Shown: positions 48,662 through 57,577 of the stretch, piece after piece | Position numbering within the stretch: the first letter of the stretch is position 1 | Layout: every line of letters begins with the position of its first letter | From: an uncultured delta proteobacterium | GTDB taxonomy: Bacteria > Myxococcota_A > Polyangia > Polyangiales > Polyangiaceae | DNA: 64,000 bases | Reading direction: 5' to 3' | NCBI GenBank assembly: GCA_963841435.1 | Contig: CAWJCS010000001.1 | Span: forward strand, 320,001-384,000 | Notes under the pieces: generated by a model | The model's input: the letters and a program-made list of their open reading frames with translations, nothing else | Told to the model about the DNA's origin: nothing | Databases searched by the model: none | Position numbers and translations under genes: made by a program

Positions 48662-50068
48662 GTGATCGTGTGGTCCCTTTTTCGGCGTGGAACGGTGTGC
48701 GGGTTCGCCCTTGGTCTGGCGACAGGGTGCGGGTCGAGCACTCACGGCGGCGGCGATGGATCGGGCGCTGACGCTGGAGCGACCGCGGCGACCGCTGGGC
48801 AGGCGAGTGGAGGCGGTGGGTCGGGTGGCTCCGTTGGCGGAGGTCGCGGCGGCGACGCTGGCGCGCAAGAGGGCGCGGGAAAGGGCGGCGGGGCGGGTGA
48901 CGGTGGTCAGGGCGGCTCGGGTGCGTCGGGTGGCGGTGGCTCTGCGCAGGGTGGTGCTGGTGACGGTGGCGGTGCTGGTGACGGTGGCGCGGGCGACGGT
49001 GGCGCGGGTGACGTGGGCGAGCTCAGTGGCGAGTACTGGATCGATTCGGTGACGCTGGGTGGCGACTCGGCGCGCCATCTGCGTGTCGTTTCGGCGACGG
49101 CGGCGATGGTCAACGCGCCCGGCGGGGGCGAGGTTTCGTACCCGATCGAGGTCGCGCCGGGCGCAGCGCTCGAGACCTTGGTGGAAAATGGAAGGCCCAC
49201 GGTGCATGGCCCGATCGTGATCCGTGGCACCAACGAGGAGTTTGCGTTCGCGGAGGACCCGGGCGACGGCACGGCCGATGCGCTCGTGGTTCGCAGCGTG
49301 TCGTCGTGCACGCAGAATGTTCCCTCGTGGCAGTCGGGAACGGGCGTTGTCCGGCGCGACGCCGATCCGACGGTCGTCGAGGGGTTCTTGCCCGTCTGGA
49401 TCCCGTGGCAATCGATGGCGCTCGGGTGCAAGAAGGCGGCAGCCGCGCCGCTTGAGTCGGGCATGACCGCGCGCTCGGGCGGCGCGGACGTGGCGATCAG
49501 CTGGTCGGCGGCCTCCGTTGCCGGCGACCAGGTGTCGGTGTGGGCAACGCTCACCGATGGGCTCGGCCTCGTCGGGCAAACGATCACGTTTTCCGGCGGC
49601 CTGAGCTCGACGAACGGCGTCGCCTCACCGGTAGGTCCTGTCGACGTGCCCGTCTTCGACTTCGGCCCCGCGCGCACGGGCGCGTTGGACTTCACCGCGG
49701 CGAACCCACCGGAGCTCGCGATGCTCGGCAACCCCATGCGCGCGAGCTCGAGCGACACGCTGTGCCCGAGCGGCTGCCTCGTAATCAACACGAACCAGGG
49801 CATTGGGCTACGTCTGACGAGCCCCGGCTCCTCGCTTCGTATTCGAGCAACGGGCGGAGCGATCACGGTTCAGGCCCGCGCCGTGGGCCTCGACGCCGCC
49901 GACACGACCCAGAGCTTCGACGGCGTGAGCGAGCAGGATTTCCCGCTTCCCCCCGGCGCGAACGAGGTCTTCCTGACGATCACCGTCCCTTACGCGCCGC
50001 CGATGCAGAACACCTGCCCGGTCGCTTCGCCGCAGACGACCAGGCTTTTATCGGTGACGCCGAGCTAG
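48662..50068 (+). CDS. Gly-linker lipoprotein of unknown function
   Basis: LATGCG lipobox, GGAGD linker, beta-rich C-terminal region; true start may be ~30 bp further downstream. Confidence 0.7.
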   Translation: MIVWSLFRRGTVCGFALGLATGCGSSTHGGGDGSGADAGATAATAGQASGGGGSGGSVGGGRGGDAGAQEGAGKGGGAGDGGQGGSGASGGGGSAQGGAGDGGGAGDGGAGDGGAGDVGELSGEYWIDSVTLGGDSARHLRVVSATAAMVNAPGGGEVSYPIEVAPGAALETLVENGRPTVHGPIVIRGTNEEFAFAEDPGDGTADALVVRSVSSCTQNVPSWQSGTGVVRRDADPTVVEGFLPVWIPWQSMALGCKKAAAAPLESGMTARSGGADVAISWSAASVAGDQVSVWATLTDGLGLVGQTITFSGGLSSTNGVASPVGPVDVPVFDFGPARTGALDFTAANPPELAMLGNPMRASSSDTLCPSGCLVINTNQGIGLRLTSPGSSLRIRATGGAITVQARAVGLDAADTTQSFDGVSEQDFPLPPGANEVFLTITVPYAPPMQNTCPVASPQTTRLLSVTPS

Positions 50069-50078
50069 GCGAAGCTCT

Positions 50079-51866
50079 CTACTTGTTCATGATGAGCCCG
50101 ACGATCTTCTCGTTGAAGCTCTGGGCGCTCGAGTACGTCCCCTGCATCCAGAGGAGCGCGGTGTGCGTCGAGTCCCACTTCGGCACGACGGGGCGAATGT
50201 TGTCGGTGCTCGAGCTCTGGGTGATGGGCGTCCACGTGAAGGTCTTGCCGTTGTCGCACGTGGTGCCCTGCCAGATTTCGCGGTGCGAAAGCTTCGTCGT
50301 GTCGTCTCGCGGGTCGTAGGGCGTGGAAACGTAGATGATCGTCGGGTCGTCCGGGTCGAGCGCGGAGAGGCCCGTGTAGTCTTGCTCGGAGTCGTAGAGC
50401 TTGGTGCCGGCCTTGACGAGGTAGGTCGTCGTCCACTTCGTGCCGTCGAAGCGCGAGTAGAACATGCGCTTGTCCGGGTCGTCGGTTCCCGTGCCCGCCA
50501 CGCGCCCCTGGCCGAGGACGGCAACCGTCCCATCGCCGTAGCGCACGATGTCGTGGTTCCACATGTGGTTGAGGGCCACGCCGTTGAGCGTCGTCCCCGT
50601 CTTGAACACGGACGTGAACGCCGACACGTCCTTGGCGGTGCCGTCGCCGAGGTTGTCGTCAACCACCGTGCCCGCGGAGTTGTAGACCTTGCCGCCCGAG
50701 ACGTAGCCGTGCCAGAGGCTGTTGTCCTCGTCGCGCGGGTGGGCTTCCGTGCCGACCCAGTCGATGCGATCGACGCCGTTGCCCCAGTACTTGTAGTAGC
50801 CGGCGACGTAGCCCGTCTGCGGGCTGGCGGTCAGACGGCCGTAGAAGCTCCAGCTTCCGCCATTGTCCGTGGACGTGAGCGAGGCCGGGCTCGTGTCGAC
50901 CGAACGGACGAAGCTCAAGAGCCGATTGCTCTCGGCCGACATCATCCACGGATTGGCGTAGGTGATCATGTTGGTGCTGGCGCCGGCCCAGGGGCAGCCG
51001 TTCGGCGACCAGCTGTAGGTCTTCGTCGGTGACCACGTCGAGCCGCTCAGCGTGGAAAAGTAGCTGTTGCAGTTCTCGCGGTGGGTCGCCCACATCGCGG
51101 CGACCGTTCCGGTACCGGTGATGACGAACCCGGGCGCGTTGTGATCGTCGACGCTCAGGGTATTGAGGACGGTTCTGGTGCCCATCTTCTGAGCAATGTC
51201 GTAGACGACGGCCTCGACGTTGCCCGTGCGGTTGCCGCCGCTCCCGATCGACCCGATGACGAGGCGGTTGTTCGCGGTATCGACGACCACCCGCTCGTCC
51301 TGATACCAGCACCAGCCGCCGTTATCGTTGAAGGTGATGAGCTGCTCGGTGGGTGCACCCGTCGGCACCATGCAAGCGACGCCGCCCGTGCCCGCCGTGC
51401 CTGCCGAGCCACCCGCCGCGCCGCCCGCACCGCCGCCGCCCATCCCCGCCATGCCGCCGGCGCCTGCGTCGCCCGCCATGCCGGCACCGCCGCTGCCCGA
51501 GGTGCCGGCGCCGCCCCCGTTGCCAGCGCCGCCGCCACCGGCCGCTACCGTTCCCGCCACGCCGCCGGCTCCGCCAACCGGGCCTGCGCCGCCCGTGGTC
51601 GTGCCGGCATTCCCGCCGGTCACCGATCCAGCCGTTCCGCCGGTCACCGAGCCAGCGGTCCCGCCGGTGACGACGCCCGCTGTGCCGCCAGTTGCCGAAC
51701 CGGCGCTGCCGCCAGCCACCGCGCCAGCCGTGCCGCCGGTGAGCGAGCCACCGGTCGCGCCGGTTGCCGAGCCGCCGGTTCCGCCGGTCGTGGCCGGGGA
51801 CTGGTCGGAGCTACAGGCCGGGCCGAGCGCAGCCAGAAAGAAAACGCCAGTGAATGCTTTTTTCAT
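50079..51866 (-). CDS. Gly-linker lipoprotein with BNR-4 repeat-like domain
   Basis: MKKAF..GPACSS lipobox; NGGWCWYQDER, DDHNAP, STDNGGSW and TCDNGKTF Asp-boxes. Confidence 0.8.
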   Translation of the reverse strand: MKKAFTGVFFLAALGPACSSDQSPATTGGTGGSATGATGGSLTGGTAGAVAGGSAGSATGGTAGVVTGGTAGSVTGGTAGSVTGGNAGTTTGGAGPVGGAGGVAGTVAAGGGGAGNGGGAGTSGSGGAGMAGDAGAGGMAGMGGGGAGGAAGGSAGTAGTGGVACMVPTGAPTEQLITFNDNGGWCWYQDERVVVDTANNRLVIGSIGSGGNRTGNVEAVVYDIAQKMGTRTVLNTLSVDDHNAPGFVITGTGTVAAMWATHRENCNSYFSTLSGSTWSPTKTYSWSPNGCPWAGASTNMITYANPWMMSAESNRLLSFVRSVDTSPASLTSTDNGGSWSFYGRLTASPQTGYVAGYYKYWGNGVDRIDWVGTEAHPRDEDNSLWHGYVSGGKVYNSAGTVVDDNLGDGTAKDVSAFTSVFKTGTTLNGVALNHMWNHDIVRYGDGTVAVLGQGRVAGTGTDDPDKRMFYSRFDGTKWTTTYLVKAGTKLYDSEQDYTGLSALDPDDPTIIYVSTPYDPRDDTTKLSHREIWQGTTCDNGKTFTWTPITQSSSTDNIRPVVPKWDSTHTALLWMQGTYSSAQSFNEKIVGLIMNK

Positions 51867-52043
51867 GCGTGCGTTCCTACATTCCCGGTTAACGGTCGAA
51901 TCATTGCCGGTCGTGCACAACTGGACAAGGTGGCGCCGAAAATGTCGCTAGCCCATGCTGCTATCCCCTGATTCCCCGGTGACTGGGAAAAAAAATTCCC
52001 GCAGGGTCTGATCTCCCCAGGACGGACCGCGCAGTTCTGCCGC

Positions 52044-53408
52044 ATGACTCCGACCATCACGTTCCTTGGCGCCGCGGAGACCGTCACGGGCTCACGCTAT
52101 CTGCTCGAGGCGGACGGCGCGCGCGTGCTGCTCGACTGCGGGCTGTTCCAGGGTTTCAAAAAGTTGCGGCAGCGCAACTGGTCGCCGTTGCCGTTCGACC
52201 CAGCGTCGCTCGACGCCGTCGTGCTCACGCACGCGCACGTCGATCACTCGGGCTACCTGCCGAAGCTCTGCCAGGCCGGCTTCAAGGGCAAGGTCCACTG
52301 CACCGAGGGCACTCGCCAGCTGCTCGAGATCCTCTTGCCCGACTCCGGTTACCTGCAGGAGGAGGACGCGAAGCGCGCGAACAAGTACGGCTACACGCGG
52401 CACCAGCCCGCGCGGCCGCTCTACACGGTGGACGACGCGAAGGCGAGCCTCGAGCAGCTCGTCCCCGCGCCGTATCACGAGCCCATCGAGGTGGCCCCCG
52501 GCGTCACGGCGCGCTTCTCGCGTGCGGGGCACATTCTCGGCTCGGCCTGCGTCGAGCTCCACCTCGGCGGGCGGACCATCACGTTCACGGGTGATGTCGG
52601 TCGAGCTCGGGATCCGATCATGCGGCCGCCGGAGCCCCTCCGCCCGACCGAGTTCTTGGTCACGGAATCGACTTACGGCGACCGCCGGCATCCCGAGGGG
52701 GACGTGTCCGAGGCGCTCGGGCGCATCGTGAACGAGACGGCGGAGCGGCACGGCGTGCTCGTGGTGCCGGCTTTTGCCGTGGGTCGCGCCCAGCACATCT
52801 TGCACCTCTTGGCAGAGCTGAAGCGGGAAAAGCAGATCCCCGATCTCCCGGTGTTCCTCGACAGTCCGATGGCGATCAACGCGACGGACATCTTCTGCCC
52901 GCATTCGGAAGACCATCGGCTCTCACCCGAGGCGTGCCGGGCGATGTGCGAAACGGCAAAGTACGCACGGACGCCCGAGCACTCCAAGGCGATCGATCGG
53001 CGTTCGGGGCCGATGATCGTCGTCTCGGCAAGCGGCATGGCGACGGGTGGTCGCGTGCTGCATCACCTGCAGCGCTTCCTGCCGGAGGAGCGGCACACCG
53101 TGCTGTTCGTGGGCTACCAGGCGGGCGGCACGCGCGGCCGCGCGCTGCTCGACGGCGCGGACGAGGTGAAGATCCACGGCCAGTACGTGCGCGTGCGGGC
53201 CCAGGTGCGCGAGCTTCGTGGCCTGTCGGCGCACGCCGACTATCGCGAAATGCTCGACTGGTTTTCGCTCGGCACGCTCGCGCCGCGCCGGGTTTTCGTG
53301 ACGCACGGCGAGCCGGCCGCCGCCGACGCCTTCCGCCGCCGCCTGCGCGACACCTTCCAGTGGGACGCCGTCGTGCCGGACGACGGCTCGACGTGGGAGC
53401 TTCGCTAG
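52044..53408 (+). CDS. MBL-fold beta-CASP ribonuclease (RNA-processing family)
   Basis: LTHAHVDHSG, AGHILGS, ESTYGDR, FAVGRAQ, LSAHAD, HGE. Confidence 0.92.
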   Translation: MTPTITFLGAAETVTGSRYLLEADGARVLLDCGLFQGFKKLRQRNWSPLPFDPASLDAVVLTHAHVDHSGYLPKLCQAGFKGKVHCTEGTRQLLEILLPDSGYLQEEDAKRANKYGYTRHQPARPLYTVDDAKASLEQLVPAPYHEPIEVAPGVTARFSRAGHILGSACVELHLGGRTITFTGDVGRARDPIMRPPEPLRPTEFLVTESTYGDRRHPEGDVSEALGRIVNETAERHGVLVVPAFAVGRAQHILHLLAELKREKQIPDLPVFLDSPMAINATDIFCPHSEDHRLSPEACRAMCETAKYARTPEHSKAIDRRSGPMIVVSASGMATGGRVLHHLQRFLPEERHTVLFVGYQAGGTRGRALLDGADEVKIHGQYVRVRAQVRELRGLSAHADYREMLDWFSLGTLAPRRVFVTHGEPAAADAFRRRLRDTFQWDAVVPDDGSTWELR

Positions 53409-53816
53409 CCCCAACCCACGAGGTGGCACGAACAGATCACGATCGGGGAGAGCTGCCCCTCGCCACGAGAAAGCCGGTGAGGCCGGGTGGACAATGTGGA
53501 AGTGAGATCTTTGGTTGAAGTCGGTGCGCCTGGTTCAACCGGGGCATGCGCCGCTTGACCCCCTCGCTTCACGATTGCACCCTTCGAGCGTGGATCGGAG
53601 CGGTGGCACGGTCTCTCGATGGTTCGGTGTAGCGCTCATCGCCGGTGCCTTCGTCAACGCCGCCTCTGCCGCCTTCAGGCCTTCTGCGGGTACGATTCGG
53701 ATCGGTTTGCCTGCGACCCGGTCCGGCTCTGCGACTGACCTGGGAGCCCGGCGAGTCGCTGGCTCGGGTGCGTGCCGCGCTACGGACTCTGCTAAGCTTC
53801 GAGGGTGGGAGCTGCG

Positions 53817-54896
53817 GTGAGAACCCGACTGAGCCGTCGAGTCATTGGGACAGCCTCGCTCGCGCTGCTCGCCGTGCTCGGCTGCGGCGGTCAGAGCAAA
53901 ACGACGTTCGACGACTCGGTGAGCCAGGGTGGTGCGGCGGCTTCGGGAGCCACGGGCGGCGTCGGAGGCTCGACAGGTGGCGGCGGGGCCGGCGGTTCGA
54001 GCGCCAGCGTCGGGAGCGGCGGCGCTGGAGCGACCGGTGGCAGCAGCGCGGCGGGCGGCACGGGCGGCACCGTGAGCGGCACGGGCGGCACCGTGAGCGG
54101 CACGGGTGGCACGGTGAGCGGCGCCGGTGGCACCGCTGGGAGCGCGGTGAGCGGTGCGGGTGGCACCGTGAGCGGTGCGGGTGGAGACGCAGGCAGCGCG
54201 GGCGCGAGCGCCGGAGCATCGGGCTCCCCGAGTGGGCCCAGCATCATCGGTGAGTGGGGAATGTTCTGGTTCGAGGATCCCGTGGTCGTCGCGATCTCAC
54301 AAGACGGGAGCGCTCTGAGCGGCACGGGGTGCTGCGGTGGGTTCACCTCGATCAGCCTCTGCTGCGGCCCGCTCATGGGCACACGTGACGACCAACGGGC
54401 AAGCTTCTCTTTTCTGATCAGTGATTTTGGCGGCGTGGTTTACGGCTCGAGCGTGTTCATCTCGGCGGATGCCATGCGCATGGGGGGCACGTTTACCGCC
54501 GACGGAAACAAGGACTTCGATGTCGCCTGGGTTCGGGTCGATGAGCAGGTGGGAACCCTCGGCTCACCACCTTCTGCGCTCAGGGAAGCGCTCGGCGCTC
54601 GGGCGGGAACCTTCCAGCTCTTGCTGGAGTCGGAGCTGGTGGATCGCTTCCAGCCCCTCACGGCGTACCAGCTGAGCCTCGGGTCGGAAGGTTTCATTCG
54701 CGGCGACTTCGGCCCCTTCTACTTCGGCGAGATGAATTACGACGAAGTCGGGGACACGCTCGTCGTGGGGCCCGTGCCCGAGACCGACCCGCGCTTCGCC
54801 ACGAAGCTCGAGCTCCGCTTCCAAGCCGGTGAGCTCACCAACGTCGTCGCGACGTATCCGGGTGAATCGCCGTATTTCTTCCACGCCTCGCGGTAG
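53817..54896 (+). CDS. Gly-linker lipoprotein of unknown function
   Basis: VLGCGG lipobox; GGTVSG tandem linker repeats. Confidence 0.7.
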   Translation: MRTRLSRRVIGTASLALLAVLGCGGQSKTTFDDSVSQGGAAASGATGGVGGSTGGGGAGGSSASVGSGGAGATGGSSAAGGTGGTVSGTGGTVSGTGGTVSGAGGTAGSAVSGAGGTVSGAGGDAGSAGASAGASGSPSGPSIIGEWGMFWFEDPVVVAISQDGSALSGTGCCGGFTSISLCCGPLMGTRDDQRASFSFLISDFGGVVYGSSVFISADAMRMGGTFTADGNKDFDVAWVRVDEQVGTLGSPPSALREALGARAGTFQLLLESELVDRFQPLTAYQLSLGSEGFIRGDFGPFYFGEMNYDEVGDTLVVGPVPETDPRFATKLELRFQAGELTNVVATYPGESPYFFHASR

Positions 54897-54947
54897 GCGC
54901 CGCGCGCTCGGGGGCGGCTCGGTGGCCCCGCCCGCTCGCTCGCGCCG

Positions 54948-55238
54948 CTACTCCGACGTTCCCGGGCCACGTCGCGAGCGCGGGCGGATCGTACCGACGA
55001 CCTCGCTCACGATGGGCACGCCGTCGATCGTCTGCGGCATCTTCGATTTGCGCGGCGCCTTGCGCAGCCCCCGGGAGTGCGAGATACCGAGCGCGACCAC
55101 CGGCCGACTATTGCTCGCGCTCACGGCGCGCGCGCTGACGACGTTGAGCGCGAGGGCGCGCACGGCGCGTGGCGCCAGAGACTTTCGCAACAGCCCCGGC
55201 AAGGAGCGCTTGAGGTCTCGCACCGATTCGATCTTCAT
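54948..55238 (-). CDS. Short hypothetical protein or relic
   Basis: RBS GAGGAGG; ends in PQTIDGVPIVSEVVGTIRP, reminiscent of pro-domains of trypsin-like proteases. Confidence 0.4.
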   Translation of the reverse strand: MKIESVRDLKRSLPGLLRKSLAPRAVRALALNVVSARAVSASNSRPVVALGISHSRGLRKAPRKSKMPQTIDGVPIVSEVVGTIRPRSRRGPGTSE

Positions 55239-55300
55239 CGCATCCTCCTCGTGCCGGTCTGTTGCTCGGCACCTTGTCGGCGAGCTCACCCGCCGGTCAA

Positions 55301-56248
55301 CTAGTCATTTGTTCTGGTGGGGAGTCCACGAGAGCGAGTCTGTGGGGCAGGGAATTCGCCCCGGACGAAGCCCGAGCCCGAGAGGCCCTGCACGTCGAGC
55401 GAAGTCGTTTGCAGGTTGCCCGCCATCGCCACGGCGGCGATGACGAAGCCGCCCTCGTCGACGTCGACCGTCAGCGAGCCGGAGGGCATCGCGGCGAGTG
55501 TCTTCGAGTCGTCGAAGCCGCTCGGGTTTTTTAGGTCGTAGGCGACGAAGAGCGAGACGACGAATCTCTGGACGGGGACGCTCAGCTCGACGTCGATGCT
55601 CGCCATGCTGCCCGTGGGGGAGGGGCGCCATGAAGACGGACGACGTGGCCGTCGGCATCGCGTCTTCGCCCACGGCGACGAGCTTCGTCGCCTCGACGCC
55701 GGCGATGCGCACATGGTCGGTCGAGACGAGAACGTTGCTCAACGCCTGCGCGACCACGAACAGCGCACGGCTCGGGTCCTCCCGGCCCAGGCTGAACGGC
55801 CCCAGCGTGTACGCGGTGGCGGTGTCGAGCGACTCCTGGGTCGAGAGGTATTGGACGGTCGTCGGGCCTCCCGCTCCGGTTCCGGCCGTGCCCTCCTCAC
55901 CCGCGCCGCCTCCGGTTGCCGAGGCTCCGGCCGCGCCGGCGCCGCCCGAAGCTCCGGCGCTTCCACCCATCCCGTTGCCGGCGCCCCCAGAATTTCACTG
56001 CCGGCGTCTCCGCCGCTCGCATCGCCGCTCCCACCCGCATCGCCGCCCACCGCCGCACCGGCGCTGCCGCCCGCGCCGCCGCGACCCGCGCCGCCCGCAG
56101 CCGAGGTACCGCCACCGCCCGCGACAGCGCCGCCCGCAGCCGAGGTACCGCCACCGCCCGCGCCGTGCCCGCCATCCTCCGAGTTGGTACCGCATGCGCC
56201 CGCCGCAACCAGCGAGGCAACGCCCACGACACCAATCCACCACCGCAT
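55301..56248 (-). CDS. Gly-linker lipoprotein; two apparent frameshifts (~55990, ~55615)
   Basis: MRWWIGVVGVASLVAAGACG lipobox; linker and beta-rich domain continue across three frames. Confidence 0.6.
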
Positions 56249-56353
56249 CCTCACAGGATACCCGACGCGCCGCTTGTGGGCGAACTGGGCTCTCGAGGCC
56301 GTTCGGTGGGGGGCGTCCTCCGCTCGACGCCCGGTCATGGTACTTGTCCGCCC

Positions 56354-56935
56354 ATGATCAACGGGGCGCACGTCATCATTCAGAGCAAGGATCCGGACGC
56401 CGACCGCGCGTTCTTTCAAGAGGTGCTCGGCCTGCCCCACGTGGACGTGGGCGGGGGCTGGCTCATCTTCGCGTTGCCGCCCTCGGAGGTGGCGGTCCAT
56501 CCGTCGGAGAAGAACAACGTTCAGGAGTTTTACCTCATGTGTGAGGACGTGAACGCGCTCGTGACCGCGCTCACCGACGACGCGATCGTCTGCGGTCCGA
56601 TCGAGGACCAGGGTTGGGGGTTGCTCACGTCGATCACGCTTCCCGGCGGCGGCACGCTCGGCGTGTACGAGCCGCGCCACGCGCGACCGAGCGGCGCAGC
56701 GATGTCAGCGACGCCGGCGCGCGCGGCGGCGCCGAAGAAGGTAGCGGCGAAGAAGGCAGCACCGAAGAAGGCAGCACCGAAGAAGGCAGCACCGAAGAAG
56801 GCAGCACCAAAGAAGGCTGCGCCAAAGAAGGCTGTGCCAAAGAAGGCTGTGCCAAAGAAGGCTGCGCCAAAGAAGGCAGCACCGAAGAAGGCAGCATCGA
56901 AACCCGCCAAGCGGGCGAAAGGCCGGAAAAAATAG
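56354..56935 (+). CDS. VOC/glyoxalase-family protein with histone-H1-like PKKAA tail
   Basis: MINGAHVII.SKDPDADRAFF..VLG...GGGWLIFALPP.E.AVHP...WGLLT..LPGGG.LG.YEP plus 11 AAPKK-type repeats. Confidence 0.85.
   Translation: MINGAHVIIQSKDPDADRAFFQEVLGLPHVDVGGGWLIFALPPSEVAVHPSEKNNVQEFYLMCEDVNALVTALTDDAIVCGPIEDQGWGLLTSITLPGGGTLGVYEPRHARPSGAAMSATPARAAAPKKVAAKKAAPKKAAPKKAAPKKAAPKKAAPKKAVPKKAVPKKAAPKKAAPKKAASKPAKRAKGRKK
56726..56890 (+). repeat. 15-bp coding tandem repeat x11
   Basis: gcagcaccgaagaag and variants. Confidence 0.95.
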
Positions 56936-56947
56936 CGGCTCGCGCCC

Positions 56948-57556
56948 ATGGACGACATCGATCACATCCTCACTTACTGGCTCGACCCAAAACCGCAGTC
57001 GGAGGTGGACGCCGCCGCGCGGTGGAAGTTCTGGTTCTCGAGCTCGGATGTCGTCGATAAGGAGGTCCGCGAGCGCTTCGGTGTGCTCGTGGATCGGGCG
57101 CGGCGAGGGGAGCTCGATGAGTGGACGGCGACGCCGCGGGGCGCGCTCGCGCTCATCATTCTCATCGATCAATTTTCACGGAACCTCTATCGGGGGACGC
57201 CGGAAGCGTTTTCGGCTGACCCTCATGCCCTGGCGCTCGCGCGCGCCGGGTTCGAAAACGGCGCGTTCACGGACTTCGACGTGTTCGACCACGTGTTCGT
57301 GGCGCTGCCGTTCCGCCACGCGGAAGACCTCGAGGCGCAGCGGTTCGCGCTCGACGTGGCGCAGCGTGACGCGATGCGCGGCGCGCCGGCGCACCGCGCG
57401 TTTCTCGTCAACAGCGTGGTCTGGGCGCGAAAGCACTACGACGTGATCGCTCGCTTCGGGCGCTTTCCTCATCGCAACGCCGCGCTCGGTCGCGCGACGA
57501 CGCCCGAAGAGGCGGAGTATCTGGAGTACCTGAAGCTCGCGGGCGAGTGGCTGTGA
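56948..57556 (+). CDS. DUF924 family protein
   Basis: LALIILIDQFSRNLYRGT...RFGRFPHRNAALGR. Confidence 0.92.
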   Translation: MDDIDHILTYWLDPKPQSEVDAAARWKFWFSSSDVVDKEVRERFGVLVDRARRGELDEWTATPRGALALIILIDQFSRNLYRGTPEAFSADPHALALARAGFENGAFTDFDVFDHVFVALPFRHAEDLEAQRFALDVAQRDAMRGAPAHRAFLVNSVVWARKHYDVIARFGRFPHRNAALGRATTPEEAEYLEYLKLAGEWL

Positions 57557-57577
57557 GCCGCCTACCCACGCGTCCGC

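Noticed and set aside
53409..53816. 400-bp intergenic region as a riboswitch or ncRNA
   Set aside because: No recognisable conserved RNA motif; the TGGCACG matches lack a correctly spaced -12 GC.
56726..56890. Tandem repeats as a CRISPR array
   Set aside because: Contiguous 15-bp in-frame coding repeats with no spacers and no cas genes; the same applies to the Gly-linker repeats.
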